The notes under the pieces: generated by a model
The model's input: the letters and a program-made list of their open reading frames with translations, nothing else
Database searches by the model: none
What the model was told of the DNA's origin: nothing
Position numbers and translations under genes: made by a program
Shown here: in pieces, positions 1 through 10,483 of the stretch
How the letters are laid out: every line of letters starts with the position of its first letter
Numbering within the stretch: position 1 is the stretch's first letter
Assembly: GCA_947630445.1 (NCBI GenBank)
Contig: CANRHQ010000003.1
Coordinates: 11,733-75,732, forward strand
Length of the DNA stretch: 64,000 bases
From: an uncultured Clostridia bacterium
GTDB taxonomy: Bacteria > Bacillota > Clostridia > TANB77 > CAG-508
Direction of reading: 5' to 3'

Positions 1-767
1 AATATAATAACTATTGCAAATCCTATATATCCCCATAATTGTATTGTGGATTCTATGAATCCAGCTCCTGTTAATTCTGTTCCATTGCTTAATGTTAAAA
101 ATTTTCCTGTAACAATATTTTGCACACTTAATATTGTTGATAATGCTATCCCTATCGCTAAAATAAAGACATTTCTCAATAATTTTTTTATTAATTTACT
201 ATCACGTAATAAAGTTCTGTCAACTGCTTCAAAATATAAATTAAATACTACAATATAGTATACTGCCATATATATACTTATTCCTATTACAAACTTAATA
301 AAGTATTCTATAATTGTTTCTATTAGAGGTTTTATAAACATATAATATGATATATCTAATCCAAAAATTATATCTGTATTTACAAATGATACATTACTTG
401 CAAATAATAAGACTTTTTCTAACAATGTATTAGATAATATTATACTTATTATTACTGATATTATTAATGTTAATGATTTATTAGGTAGTTTAGGCATTTC
501 TTTTTTTTCTTGTTCAAAAAATGGTTTTAATCCATTTTTTATTCCTATATTAGTTAAGTAAACTATAATACTTACTATTACAAAACTAACCCCCATTATA
601 GAATATTTATATTTTAAATTTGTAAAAAAGACTTCTATATATTGTTCCCCTAGTTCTGCATATTCTAAATATTGTCCTCTTAATGATATATATGTTGTTA
701 TTATATATACTAATACAAATGCTAAAACCAATAATGTTCTCGTTTTAGTATTAAATTTTACTTTCAT
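1..767 (-). CDS. Polytopic membrane protein, N-terminal part only (gene continues past the left edge); possibly UPF0182-like
   Basis: Absent from the ORF track because no stop codon lies in the window. ATG at 767..765. Hand translation gives MKVKFNTKTRTLLVLAFVLVYIITTYISLRGQYLEYAELGEQYIEVFFTNLKYKYS... followed by several hydrophobic helices. I checked that the frame is open codon by codon around 378..431. The family name is from memory of the N-terminal pattern only. Confidence 0.5.
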   Translation of the reverse strand, partial: MKVKFNTKTRTLLVLAFVLVYIITTYISLRGQYLEYAELGEQYIEVFFTNLKYKYSIMGVSFVIVSIIVYLTNIGIKNGLKPFFEQEKKEMPKLPNKSLTLIISVIISIILSNTLLEKVLLFASNVSFVNTDIIFGLDISYYMFIKPLIETIIEYFIKFVIGISIYMAVYYIVVFNLYFEAVDRTLLRDSKLIKKLLRNVFILAIGIALSTILSVQNIVTGKFLTLSNGTELTGAGFIESTIQLWGYIGFAIVII

Positions 768-785
768 ATATTAATATTCCTTTCT

Positions 786-1691
786 TTATATTATTGCTTT
801 TGCAAAGTCTTTAGAATTAAATATCTCCATATCATCTATTTGTTCTCCAACACCTATAAATTTTACTGGAATTTTATTTTCTTCTACTATCCCTATCACT
901 GCTCCACCTTTTGCTGTTCCATCTAATTTAGTAAGAATTATTCCTGTTATATCTGCTTGTTCTTTAAATGCTTTTACTTGAGATATTGCATTTTGACCTG
1001 TTCCTGCATCTATGACTAATAATACTTCTTTAGATGATTCTGGCATTTCTTTATTTATAACCTTTTGAATCTTGTTTAATTCATCCATCAAATATTTTTT
1101 GTTATGTAATCTTCCTGCAGTATCACATATCAATACATCTGCATTTAATTGTTTGGTTTTTGATATTGCGTCATATACTACTGATGCTGGATCTATGCCT
1201 TCTTCTCTTTTTACTATTTCAGCACCTGCTCTTTTTGCCCATATCTCTAGCTGTTCTACTGCTGCTGCTCTAAAAGTATCTGCTGCTGCAACTACGACCT
1301 TTTTGCCATCTCTTGCTAATCTTGCTGCCATTTTTCCTATTGAAGTTGTTTTTCCAACTCCATTAACACCTACTACTAAAATAACAGATGGTTTGGTCTC
1401 TAATTTTAAACTATTGTCTGAAATCTCTAATATTTTTTCAATTTCTTTTCTTAAGGCTTCTTTTACTTGTTCTTCATCTTCTATTTTTTCTTTTTTCATT
1501 CTATCTCTTAAATTATCAATTATTTTTGTTGATGTTTCTATTCCTATATCTGACATTATTAGTGCTTCTTCCAATTCTTCAAGAAAATCTTCATCTACTT
1601 TTCTAAAATTACTAAATACGTCATTTATTTTTTCGTTTATTGCTCCTTTTGTTTTAGTTAAACCTTGTTTTAATTTGTCAAAAAACCCCAT
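786..1691 (-). CDS. ftsY: Signal recognition particle receptor FtsY
   Basis: 301 aa with SRP-GTPase motifs GVNGVGKTT, DTAGR and TKLDGTAKGG. Confidence 0.92.
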   Translation of the reverse strand: MGFFDKLKQGLTKTKGAINEKINDVFSNFRKVDEDFLEELEEALIMSDIGIETSTKIIDNLRDRMKKEKIEDEEQVKEALRKEIEKILEISDNSLKLETKPSVILVVGVNGVGKTTSIGKMAARLARDGKKVVVAAADTFRAAAVEQLEIWAKRAGAEIVKREEGIDPASVVYDAISKTKQLNADVLICDTAGRLHNKKYLMDELNKIQKVINKEMPESSKEVLLVIDAGTGQNAISQVKAFKEQADITGIILTKLDGTAKGGAVIGIVEENKIPVKFIGVGEQIDDMEIFNSKDFAKAII

Positions 1692-1790
1692 TTTTCCTAA
1701 TTCTTCCTTTCAAATTTTTATGTTAATATTTTATCATTTTTTAAACAAAAATACAAGTAGCAAATGCTACTTGTATTTAACCTGTATTTA

Positions 1791-2129
1791 TTATACTTCT
1801 TTCCAAAACCAGTCCAAACTATTGTCAATACTTTTCTTATTGAATTTTTTAGCTTCCAAATCATCTACCCATAAGTATGAAATGAATGATATAAATATAA
1901 AAGCAAAATCTAATATTATACACCATGTTAATGTTGGGCTATTATAACTATATTCTCCTGATAATGTCATTAATTGTACTACATGCATTACTAATAATAA
2001 TAAAAATGTAAATAATGGTATTGCCACTATATAACTTCTTTTTAATTCATAACTTAAAAAAATTAATAATACTGTAAACATCAATAATAGTAATAATGTT
2101 ACTGCATTTGTTATGTCTAATATAAACAT
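1791..2129 (-). CDS. Small integral membrane protein, function unknown
   Basis: 112 aa with three hydrophobic helices. A good RBS (AAAGGAGGAAAA) lies upstream on the minus strand. Confidence 0.55.
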   Translation of the reverse strand: MFILDITNAVTLLLLLMFTVLLIFLSYELKRSYIVAIPLFTFLLLLVMHVVQLMTLSGEYSYNSPTLTWCIILDFAFIFISFISYLWVDDLEAKKFNKKSIDNSLDWFWKEV

Positions 2130-2213
2130 ATATTTTTCCTCCTTTGTTTTTTTATGTATTTCTCCTTATGTATATGTACATATATTATCATTATATTTTT
2201 TTAAAATCAATAC

Positions 2214-3578
2214 TTATTTACAATTTTTTTCAATCAATTTTGCAATTTCTTTTGCCTTTTTTTCTATTACCTTTTCATCTTTTCCTTCAATCATTACTCT
2301 TACAAGTGGTTCAGTTCCTGATGGTCTTATTAAAACTCTGCCATTTCCTGAAAATTCTTTTTCTAAATTATCTATTGCATTTTTAATTTCTGGATTTTTT
2401 TCATATTCGTACTTTTTTTCTGTCGATACTTTTGCATTAATTAATACTTGTGGATATTTTTGTACTATTTTTGATAATTCAGAGGCTTTTTTTCCAGTCT
2501 CAAATAATGCTTGTATTAACATTAATGATGTTAATATTCCATCTCCTGTTGGATTATAATCTAATAAAATTATATGTCCTGATTGTTCTCCTCCTAAATT
2601 ATATTCGTTTTTCAACATTTCTTCAAGAACATATCTATCTCCTACTTTTGTTTGTAATAATTTCATTTTATTTTTTTCTGCATATTTATTTAATCCTAGA
2701 TTGCTCATTACTGTTGCTACAATAGTTTTGTTATTTAACTTTCCTTTAGCTTGTAAATAGTTTGCAATTATTGCTAGTAACTTATCTCCATCAATTTCTT
2801 CTCCTTTTTCATCTATTGCTAAACATCTATCTCCATCTCCATCATAAGCAATTCCTAAATTCATCTTATTTTTTAAGACATATTCTTTTAACATCTCTAG
2901 GTGTGTTGAACCACAATTTTGATTTATGTTTATTCCATCTGGATTATTGTTTATTATTTCATGTTCTATTCCTAATGTTTTAAATACTTTATCAGCAATT
3001 TGATATGTTGCACCATTAGCTGTATCTATTACTACTTTAAAATTATTCTTTTTATATTTTTCTATATTATCTTCAAAATTTTTTCTAAAAAAGTATATAT
3101 ATTCATCTATTAAATCTGTTCTTACTTCTGAAACACCTATTTTATCTTTTACAGCAGATAATTCATCTAGTTTTCCTGAATCCATTACATCTTCTATTTC
3201 TTCTTCTATTTCATCTGATATTTTCATACCTTTATTACTAAAATATTTAATTCCATTAAATTCATATGTATTATGTGATGCTGAAATAACCACACTTGCA
3301 TCTGCTTGTAATTTTTTAGTTAAATATGCCACAGCTGGTGTTGGTATAACTCCTAATAATTTTACATTTGCACCATAGCTTAAAAATCCTGCTACCATAG
3401 CACTTTCTATTAATGTCCCTGATAAACGCGTATCTCTACCAATTAAAATCGTTGGTGCTTTATTAGTATGTTTTGACAATACATATGCTCCTGATTTTGC
3501 AACTTTGTATACTAATTCTGGAGATAATTCAGTGTTTGCTATTCTACGAATACCATCTGTTCCAAAATACTTTCTCAT
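2214..3578 (-). CDS. glmM: Phosphoglucosamine mutase
   Basis: 454 aa. N-terminus MRKYFGTDGIRR, active-site serine motif ISASHN, and DGDGDR metal loop. Confidence 0.92.
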   Translation of the reverse strand: MRKYFGTDGIRRIANTELSPELVYKVAKSGAYVLSKHTNKAPTILIGRDTRLSGTLIESAMVAGFLSYGANVKLLGVIPTPAVAYLTKKLQADASVVISASHNTYEFNGIKYFSNKGMKISDEIEEEIEDVMDSGKLDELSAVKDKIGVSEVRTDLIDEYIYFFRKNFEDNIEKYKKNNFKVVIDTANGATYQIADKVFKTLGIEHEIINNNPDGININQNCGSTHLEMLKEYVLKNKMNLGIAYDGDGDRCLAIDEKGEEIDGDKLLAIIANYLQAKGKLNNKTIVATVMSNLGLNKYAEKNKMKLLQTKVGDRYVLEEMLKNEYNLGGEQSGHIILLDYNPTGDGILTSLMLIQALFETGKKASELSKIVQKYPQVLINAKVSTEKKYEYEKNPEIKNAIDNLEKEFSGNGRVLIRPSGTEPLVRVMIEGKDEKVIEKKAKEIAKLIEKNCK

Positions 3579-3595
3579 AACATTCCTCTCTTTCT

Positions 3596-4300
3596 TTAAT
3601 TTACTAATTCATTTAATAAATTATAATACTCTGTCATTCTATTTATGTTAGCAAATTGTATTTTGTCATCTTTAATTGTCCAATAATCATCATTATCTTC
3701 TAAATATTTTTTTATTCTTTCTAATACAGATGTTTTACTATATATTTCATCTTTTTCATTTTCAATATCTGTTTGAATTAATCTGTATTCTTCTTTCATT
3801 ACATCACTTAACATAGTTGTTTTAAATAAATTTGTATAATAATCTTTTCTAAATGTTATTTTTTCATTTTCAATATACTTAATTATATTTTCATCTTTAA
3901 TTAAGTCTTGATATTCAGATATACACTCTTTACTTTTATTTCTATATTCTTCAATTATATTGTTTATCTCTGTAAAATCTTTATCTTCTATGTTTGATGC
4001 AGAAAATATATTATTAGGATTTATTTGTGTATTTATTTCATTGACTTCTAAATATATATTCTTAAGTTTCATCATATATTCTTTTATAGATTTTTCAACA
4101 ACTGCATAATTTTGTTTTGTTTGAATGTCTAAATTAATTTCTTCTTTTGTTATATCTTTTTCTAATAAATTATTTGTTTCTTCTGTTAATAAGTTTAATT
4201 GCTTTGTATTAAAATCGTTATATAAATACGAAATTGCTATTAAAAGTATTATTAAAATTACTACTATTATTATTCCAATTATTGTTCTTTTATTTTCCAT
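3596..4300 (-). CDS. Membrane-anchored hypothetical protein (single N-terminal TM, coiled-coil-rich)
   Basis: The ORF track starts at 4339, but the internal ATG at 4300 (MENKRTIIGIIIVV...) has an AAAGGAG RBS. One TM helix is followed by a K/E/N-rich ectodomain. Confidence 0.55.
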   Translation of the reverse strand: MENKRTIIGIIIVVILIILLIAISYLYNDFNTKQLNLLTEETNNLLEKDITKEEINLDIQTKQNYAVVEKSIKEYMMKLKNIYLEVNEINTQINPNNIFSASNIEDKDFTEINNIIEEYRNKSKECISEYQDLIKDENIIKYIENEKITFRKDYYTNLFKTTMLSDVMKEEYRLIQTDIENEKDEIYSKTSVLERIKKYLEDNDDYWTIKDDKIQFANINRMTEYYNLLNELVN

Positions 4301-4349
4301 TTTATTTCTCCTTTTTCGAAAATGACAATATATTTTCAAAACTTCATCT

Positions 4350-5732
4350 TTAGAAATCTATTTTATTTTGTATCCATTTTTCTAGTTCATCTATTTTTAC
4401 TCTTTCTTGTTCCATTGTGTCTCTATCTCTTATAGTTACAGAATTATTTTCTAGTGTTTCAAAATCTACTGTTATGCAATATGGTGTTCCTATTTCATCT
4501 TCTCTTCTATATCTTTTTCCTATTGAACCTGTTTCATCATATTCACACATGAATTTTTTACTTAATTGAGAATACACTTCTTCTGCTTTTTCTGATAATT
4601 TTTTTGATAATGGTAATACTGCTACTTTATATGGTGCTAATGCTGGATGTAAGTGTAGGACAACTCTTGTTTCTCCATTTTCAATTTCTTCTTCATCATA
4701 ACTATTACATAAAAATGCTAATGCAACTCTATCTGCTCCTAATGATGGTTCTATACAATATGGTACATATTTTTCATTTGTTTCTGGATCTAAATAAGTA
4801 AAATCTTCATTTGATACTTTCATATGGTTAGTTAAATCATAATCTGTTCTATCAGCAATTCCCCATAATTCTCCCCAACCAAATGGGAATGCATATTCTA
4901 TATCAGTTGTTGCTTTACTATAAAATACCAATTCTTCTGGACTATGATCTCTTAATCTTATATTTTCTTCTTTCATTCCTAAATCTAATAACCATTTTTT
5001 ACAAAAACTTTTCCAATATTCATGCCACTCTAAATCAGTTCCTGGCTTACAGAAAAATTCTAATTCCATTTGTTCAAATTCTCTTGTTCTAAATGTAAAG
5101 TTTCCTGGTGTTATTTCATTTCTAAATGCCTTTCCTATTTGTGCAATTCCCATTGGCAATTTTTTTCTTGTTGTTCTCATTACATTTTTAAAATTTACAA
5201 ATATTCCTTGTGCTGTTTCTGGTCTTAAATAAATTTCAGCTTTTGCATCTTCTGTAACACCTTGAAATGTCTTAAACATTAAATTAAATTTTCTGATTCC
5301 TGTAAAGTTATGTTTGCCACAATTTGGACAACATATATTGTGTTCATCCATATAATCTATCATTTCTTTATCTGTCATTCCATCTGCAATCATATCTTTT
5401 CCATTTTCATGAGCCCATTCTTCAATTAATTTATCTGCTCTATGTCTAGTTTTACATTCTTTACAATCTATTAATGGATCTGAAAATCCACCAACATGAC
5501 CTGATGCTACCCATGTTTGTGGGTTCATTAATATTGCTGCATCTAATCCAACATTATATTTACTTTCTTGTATAAATTTCTTACTCCATAATTTTTTTAC
5601 ATTATTTTTAAGTTCTACTCCAAGTGGTCCATAATCCCATGTATTAGCTAATCCTCCATATATTTCTGAACCAGGATATATATATCCTCTTGCTTTACAC
5701 AAATTTACTATTGTGTCCATTGATTCTACCAT
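4350..5732 (-). CDS. glyQS: Glycine--tRNA ligase (single-chain GlyQS type)
   Basis: 460 aa. Contains ...[25 protein letters not shown]... and class II aaRS motifs. AAGGAGG RBS. A T-box leader lies upstream. Confidence 0.93.
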   Translation of the reverse strand: MVESMDTIVNLCKARGYIYPGSEIYGGLANTWDYGPLGVELKNNVKKLWSKKFIQESKYNVGLDAAILMNPQTWVASGHVGGFSDPLIDCKECKTRHRADKLIEEWAHENGKDMIADGMTDKEMIDYMDEHNICCPNCGKHNFTGIRKFNLMFKTFQGVTEDAKAEIYLRPETAQGIFVNFKNVMRTTRKKLPMGIAQIGKAFRNEITPGNFTFRTREFEQMELEFFCKPGTDLEWHEYWKSFCKKWLLDLGMKEENIRLRDHSPEELVFYSKATTDIEYAFPFGWGELWGIADRTDYDLTNHMKVSNEDFTYLDPETNEKYVPYCIEPSLGADRVALAFLCNSYDEEEIENGETRVVLHLHPALAPYKVAVLPLSKKLSEKAEEVYSQLSKKFMCEYDETGSIGKRYRREDEIGTPYCITVDFETLENNSVTIRDRDTMEQERVKIDELEKWIQNKIDF

Positions 5733-5739
5733 TTAAAAT

Positions 5740-5960
5740 TCCTCCTTACAAACAAAAAACTTTCATTCCTAGCATAATAGCTAGGGACGAAAGTTATATT
5801 CCGCGTTTCCACCCTATTTCTTAAAACCTTGTTTTAAGCACCTTAATTTTATATTACTCCAAAGCTCCCCTTATGATTTATATTACTAACTCACACCATC
5901 TGTTAGCTCTCTGAAAATATCCTCATAATTTTTCTTCTTCTCAGTAATTATTTAATTCTG
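5740..5960 (-). promoter_or_regulatory. T-box riboswitch leader of glyQS
   Basis: The minus strand reads AGAGAG (stem I), then the T-box sequence AAATAGGGTGGAAACGCGG (reverse complement of 5803..5821 region). A terminator follows: CTTTCGTCCCTAGC-loop-GCTAGGAATGAAAG plus a T6 run just before the RBS. The specifier codon was not resolved by eye. Confidence 0.8.
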
Positions 5961-5966
5961 TTTTTT

Positions 5967-5995
5967 ATTATATTATTGATATAGGTAAAAGTCAA
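5967..5995 (-). promoter_or_regulatory. Sigma-A-type promoter for the glyQS leader
   Basis: On the minus strand: TTGACT (5995..5990), 17-nt spacer, TATAAT (5972..5967). Confidence 0.55.
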
Positions 5996-6080
5996 TCTTT
6001 TTAATAAAATTTATGTTTATTTTTTAATTTCTATTGTAAATTTTTTTATTATATGTTAATATAATATAGTAATTTTATTT

Positions 6081-6155
6081 AGGGGCATAGTGTTAATGGT
6101 AGCACATCGGTCTCCAAAACCGCTTGTCTGGGTTCGAATCCTAGTACCCCTGCCA
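6081..6155 (+). tRNA. tRNA-Trp (anticodon CCA)
   Basis: AGGGGCATAGTGTTAATGGTAGCACATCGGTCTCCAAAACCGCTTGTCTGGGTTCGAATCCTAGTACCCCTGCCA. Anticodon loop CT-CCA-AA, TPsiC GGTTCGAATCC, encoded 3' CCA. Closely resembles Bacillus tRNA-Trp. Confidence 0.9.
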
Positions 6156-6160
6156 TATTT

Positions 6161-6189
6161 GAAGTTTAGTTTTCTAAACTTCTTTTTTT
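6161..6189 (+). terminator. Intrinsic terminator after tRNA-Trp
   Basis: Stem GAAGTTTA (6161..) pairs with TAAACTTC (..6182), followed by a T7 run. Confidence 0.6.
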
Positions 6190-6224
6190 CTTTATAAATA
6201 GGAGGTGGTTTTATAAACAAATTT

Positions 6225-6783
6225 TTGATTCAACTCATAGTCTTAACTATTATAATTTGTATATTTTTTATTCCAACAACAAATTATTCTTTTGATTTTC
6301 AAGAAAATTCCCAAATAATATTTTATGGTAATACAAATTTTGCATGGCCTATTCCTGGATATACAAGAATCTCATCACCTTTTCGGCAAAAGAAATGCTC
6401 CCACAGCTGGAGCATCTACATATCACAAAGGAGTTGATATTCCTGCACCTGAAGGAACAAATTTAATAGCAACTTGTGATGGCAAAATAACTTTTACGGG
6501 TTTTTTAGGTGGAGGTGGTTATACTATTACATTAACAAATAATGATGGTATAAAAATATCTTATTGTCATGTTTCGCCGAACTACATTGTAAATAAAGGT
6601 GATTCTATTTTCCAAGGTCAAATTATTGGACAAGTTGGTCCAAAATACGTATATAATGTTGCTGGAAATAATTATAAAGATTCATCTGGTCATCCAACAA
6701 ATGGTGCTACCACTGGTTGTCATTTACATATAGGTTTTAGAATAAATGATAATTATGTAAATCCTTTAGATTATTTACAATAA
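6225..6783 (+). pseudogene. Secreted M23 (LytM-type) metallopeptidase, reading frame broken by a 1-nt frameshift
   Basis: ORF 6225..6437 gives a signal peptide and then ...FAWPIPGYTRISSPF. ORF 6325..6783, in the +1 frame, continues GKRNAPTAGASTYHKGVDI...GCHLHIGF. The conserved SPFGKR...HxGxD motif is split at the T4 run 6380..6383, and removing one T restores a single ORF. Confidence 0.75.
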
Positions 6784-6825
6784 CATTTTTTTGTGTTATT
6801 ATATTTACCTAAAGGAGATGATTTT

Positions 6826-8484
6826 ATGGCATTTGATGGTATTGTTACAAAAGCTATCGTTACAGAACTTAAAGATATTATTGGATATAAAATAGATAAA
6901 ATACATCAACCAGATCAAAATACTATTATTCTTGGTCTTTATTCTCATGGAAAACATTTAGCTCTAAATATTTGCATAGATTCTCATAATTATAGATTAA
7001 ATTTAACAACACATAATAGAACAAATCCTACAGTTGCACCAAATTTTTGTATGTTATTAAGAAAATATTTAATTGGTACTACAATCTTAAATATATCTAT
7101 GGTTGGGTTAGAAAGAATTGTAAATATAGAACTAGAAAACAAAATATTAGTTATAGAACTTATGGGAAAACATAGTAATATTATTTTAATTGATAAAAAT
7201 AATATTATTATAGATGCTATGAGACATATTGATAGTTTTAACAATGCTAATAGAGATTTATTACCAGCACACATATATAAATTACCTATCTCTACAAAAC
7301 ATGATTTTACTTCTTTAACTACCTTTGATGATTTTTACTCTTTAGTTTGTAATCAAGAAGGAGATCTAGCTAAAAATATATCAAATACATTTACTGGTTT
7401 TAGTTTGTCTTTTATAACTTCTGCAATAAATAAATGTAATATTTCTAGTAATTCAAAAGAAGATTTAACTAAATTATACTTATACATATCTAATATTTTA
7501 AATAATATAAATAATTTATCTTTTGAAAAAATTTATAAAAATGAAATCGTTGTTGATTATGTTTTAATTTTAAAAAATTCTGAAACTAATTTTTCATTGA
7601 ATTTTTTTATAGATGACTTTTATTTTGAAAAAGAATCATCTGAAATATTTATTACTTATAGAAATAGCATTTTGAAGTTAATTTTAGATGTTTTAAAAAA
7701 ATATTCAAAAAGATTATTAAGTATAAATGCGAAACTTGAAGAATGTAGTAATATGGATATATACAAATTATACGGAGAATTAATTACTGCTAATTTATAT
7801 AGATTGTCTAATACACATTCTGACTCTATAGAAATAGAAAATTATTATGATAATAATAATCTAATCTCTATTCCATTAGATGTTAAATATTCTCCGAGTA
7901 TTAATGCTAAACATTATTTTAAAAAATATACAAAATTAAAAAATGCATTTCAAGTAGTTACAAAACAAAGAATTGAAACTGAACAAGAACTTAATTACAT
8001 AGAAAGTATTGTTTATGAATTAGAAAATTGCTCATGTTTAGAAGAAGTTCAAGATATTTTTGAAGAAATTAGTGAAAATGTTATTTTTAAAGAAAAACTA
8101 CATAAAAAAGTTCCAAAAAAATCTAAAAAGTCTAAAAAAATATTATTTTCACCTATTGAATATAATATTGATGGTTATAAAATATATGTTGGTAGAAATA
8201 ACAAAGAAAACGACTGGCTTACTTTACATTTTGCAGACAAAAATGATATGTGGTTTCATGCTAAAGATATACATGGAAGTCATGTTATCTTAAAAGTTGA
8301 TAAGCCTATTAATACTAATATTTTAATAAAATGTGCTGAAATTGCAGCAAGGCATAGTAAAGCAAAATTTTCATCTAATGTTCCAATTGATTACTGCCTC
8401 GTACAATTTGTAAAAAAGCCTCATGGTGCAAAACCTGGTATGGTTATATTTACTAATAATAAAACTTTAAATGTTAATCCATAA
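6826..8484 (+). CDS. rqcH: Ribosome quality control protein RqcH (NFACT / fibronectin-binding protein A family)
   Basis: MAFDGIVTKAIVTEL... (NFACT-N) and C-terminal DGYKIYVGRNNKENDWLT...HAKDIHGSHVILK (NFACT-R). The start was moved to the ATG at 6826, which follows AAAGGAG. Confidence 0.85.
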   Translation: MAFDGIVTKAIVTELKDIIGYKIDKIHQPDQNTIILGLYSHGKHLALNICIDSHNYRLNLTTHNRTNPTVAPNFCMLLRKYLIGTTILNISMVGLERIVNIELENKILVIELMGKHSNIILIDKNNIIIDAMRHIDSFNNANRDLLPAHIYKLPISTKHDFTSLTTFDDFYSLVCNQEGDLAKNISNTFTGFSLSFITSAINKCNISSNSKEDLTKLYLYISNILNNINNLSFEKIYKNEIVVDYVLILKNSETNFSLNFFIDDFYFEKESSEIFITYRNSILKLILDVLKKYSKRLLSINAKLEECSNMDIYKLYGELITANLYRLSNTHSDSIEIENYYDNNNLISIPLDVKYSPSINAKHYFKKYTKLKNAFQVVTKQRIETEQELNYIESIVYELENCSCLEEVQDIFEEISENVIFKEKLHKKVPKKSKKSKKILFSPIEYNIDGYKIYVGRNNKENDWLTLHFADKNDMWFHAKDIHGSHVILKVDKPINTNILIKCAEIAARHSKAKFSSNVPIDYCLVQFVKKPHGAKPGMVIFTNNKTLNVNP

Positions 8485-8529
8485 AAAAACAAAGAAATAT
8501 AATTTTTTGGTTATATTTCTTTGTTTTTA

Positions 8530-8985
8530 TTAAACAAATAATAATTTTAAAACAAGTACTACAACTGTCATTGTAGTCATAGCTGTATCCATAAATCCAG
8601 TTGTGGTCTCTCCTACTTCATCTACTACAGAAATTTCATAAGATTTTATGTCTGATATTTTAAAATATGTTTCTATATTTTTTGTTTGGCTTTCACTCAT
8701 ATTTCCAATCTCTATGTATTGAGTACCTAATATATTTTCATCAGCTGAATATAAATCTATTTTTAAATATTTTCCACTAAGTTCTGGATTACTAATATTT
8801 AATTTTATTCTACCATTTACTTTTGTAGATTGCATTTGTACAACTTGTACTCCTGTAGGTAGCTGTCCTCTTTTTTCCATATTTTTATATGTTGAGTTTA
8901 TTCCTGTATATATTAATATATCTGAAAGTATCCAGAATAATATAATCCATATCGCATATTTTGCAAATTGTTTTAATCTGTCCAT
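8530..8985 (-). CDS. Hypothetical membrane protein (TM helices at both ends)
   Basis: 151 aa, flanked by hairpin terminators. No recognisable motif. Confidence 0.5.
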   Translation of the reverse strand: MDRLKQFAKYAIWIILFWILSDILIYTGINSTYKNMEKRGQLPTGVQVVQMQSTKVNGRIKLNISNPELSGKYLKIDLYSADENILGTQYIEIGNMSESQTKNIETYFKISDIKSYEISVVDEVGETTTGFMDTAMTTMTVVVLVLKLLFV

Positions 8986-9104
8986 ATTTAATTCTCCTTT
9001 TATAATATTAGACTTATTATACTATATTTTTCCTTTATTTGCAATATAAAACTTGTAACAATGTAATGATTTTAAAATATAATATACAAATGAAAGGAGT
9101 TATT

Positions 9105-9776
9105 ATGGATTATGAATTAATGATGAATGGAACTATAAAAATTGGGCAACATGCTCCAGATTTTTCATCAGATACTACATATGGACCTGTATGTCTTAAT
9201 GATTATAAAGGAAAATGGTTAGTTTTATTTTCACATCCTGGTGATTTTACTCCAGTTTGTACTACTGAAATGATTGCCTTTGCTAAAGCAAATCCTTATT
9301 TTGAAAAACTTAATACCTCTCTACTTGGTTTAAGTATAGATAGTAATCCATCTCATTTAGCTTGGATGCATGATATTTATAATATGACTGGAATTGTACT
9401 TCCATTTCCTATTATTGCAGATAGAAATGGTACAATTGCGAGAAAATATGGAATGATAGCAAGTGATATAAGTGCAACTGAAACAGTTAGAAATGTTTTT
9501 ATTATTGATCCTGAAGGAATTGTTAGGGTTATTCTTATTTACCCATTAAATATTGGTAGATTTATTCCTGAAATTTTAAGAATAGTTCAAGCATTACAAA
9601 TGTCTGAATGTTCAAAAAGTTCTACTCCTGCAAATTGGATACCAGGTCAACCTGTAATACAGCCACCTCCTCAAACTTATCCACTTTTACAGGAAAGATT
9701 AAATATGATTCCAAAAAATAATGATAGCATGAGTTGGTATTTAACTTTTAAAGAACCTCCCAAAGAATGTAATTAA
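9105..9776 (+). CDS. Peroxiredoxin (1-Cys/Prx6-like)
   Basis: GQHAPDF...WLVLFSHPGDFTPVCTTE peroxidatic-Cys motif. The start was set to the ATG at 9105, which follows AAAGGAG. Confidence 0.85.
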   Translation: MDYELMMNGTIKIGQHAPDFSSDTTYGPVCLNDYKGKWLVLFSHPGDFTPVCTTEMIAFAKANPYFEKLNTSLLGLSIDSNPSHLAWMHDIYNMTGIVLPFPIIADRNGTIARKYGMIASDISATETVRNVFIIDPEGIVRVILIYPLNIGRFIPEILRIVQALQMSECSKSSTPANWIPGQPVIQPPPQTYPLLQERLNMIPKNNDSMSWYLTFKEPPKECN

Positions 9777-9810
9777 AAGATGTAAATATCTTAAATTTAC
9801 ATCTTTTTTA
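9775..9810. terminator. Bidirectional hairpin terminator between convergent prx and GT2 genes
   Basis: AAAAGATGTAAAT (9775..9787) pairs with ATTTACATCTTTT (9795..9807), with A/T runs on both sides. It overlaps both stop codons. Confidence 0.6.
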
Positions 9811-10483
9811 TTATAATTTTAAAATGTCTAATTCCATCTCGAACTGTTCTTAAATGCGATTTTCCATTTCTTTTATCTTTGTAAAAATTTATTGGAACTT
9901 CTGCCATTTTAATATTTTGTTTTCTTGCTTTTATAATCATTTCTGTTGCTAACTCCATACCTTTTGAATTACATCCGATTTCTAACATTTTTTCTGTATC
10001 AAAACCTCTTAATCCACAGTTAAAGTCTCCTATACTTATATCATATTTTTTTCTAGCTATCCAACTTATTAGAGGTGTTCCTATATATCTATGCAAAAAC
10101 TTCATTGCCCCTTTTTCCATATTTCCTTTGAATCTATTGCCAATTACCAATTGATATCCTTCAAGTAGTTTCTCATATATAGGCAATACTTCTAATAAAT
10201 TATAACTATCATCAGCATCTATCATTATAGTATATTTTCCTTTAGCCAATCTAATTCCTTCTCTTATTGCTACACCATATCCTCTTTCTTCCACAGTTTC
10301 TGTTCTAGCACCTAAACTTTTAGATATTTCCTCTGTATTATCAGTGCTTCCATTATTTATTACTAATATTTCTCCATTTATATTATTTTCTTCTAAAAAT
10401 TTTTTTCCTTTTTCTATACATATTGCTATTGTTTTTTCTTCATTAAGTGCTGGTATTAATATTGTTAAATCTAATTGGTTCAT
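9797..10483 (-). CDS. Family 2 glycosyltransferase (polyprenol-phosphate sugar transferase-like, soluble form)
   Basis: 228 aa. LTILIPALNEE...NNGSTD...DADDS motifs. Overlaps the upstream gene by 4 nt (ATGA-type coupling). Confidence 0.85.
   Translation of the reverse strand: MNQLDLTILIPALNEEKTIAICIEKGKKFLEENNINGEILVINNGSTDNTEEISKSLGARTETVEERGYGVAIREGIRLAKGKYTIMIDADDSYNLLEVLPIYEKLLEGYQLVIGNRFKGNMEKGAMKFLHRYIGTPLISWIARKKYDISIGDFNCGLRGFDTEKMLEIGCNSKGMELATEMIIKARKQNIKMAEVPINFYKDKRNGKSHLRTVRDGIRHFKIIIKKM

Noticed and set aside
1072-1947. Long plus-strand ORFs rich in L/F/I/S lie opposite real minus-strand genes. Examples are 1072..1947, 2113..2559, 12770..13129, 15665..16122, 22628..23041, 28143..28586, 38110..38958, 45622..46053 and 56694..57128.
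   Set aside because: These are shadow ORFs that AT-rich DNA generates antisense to well-supported genes. Their translations are low-complexity, they lack RBSs, and each overlaps a gene with clear family motifs.
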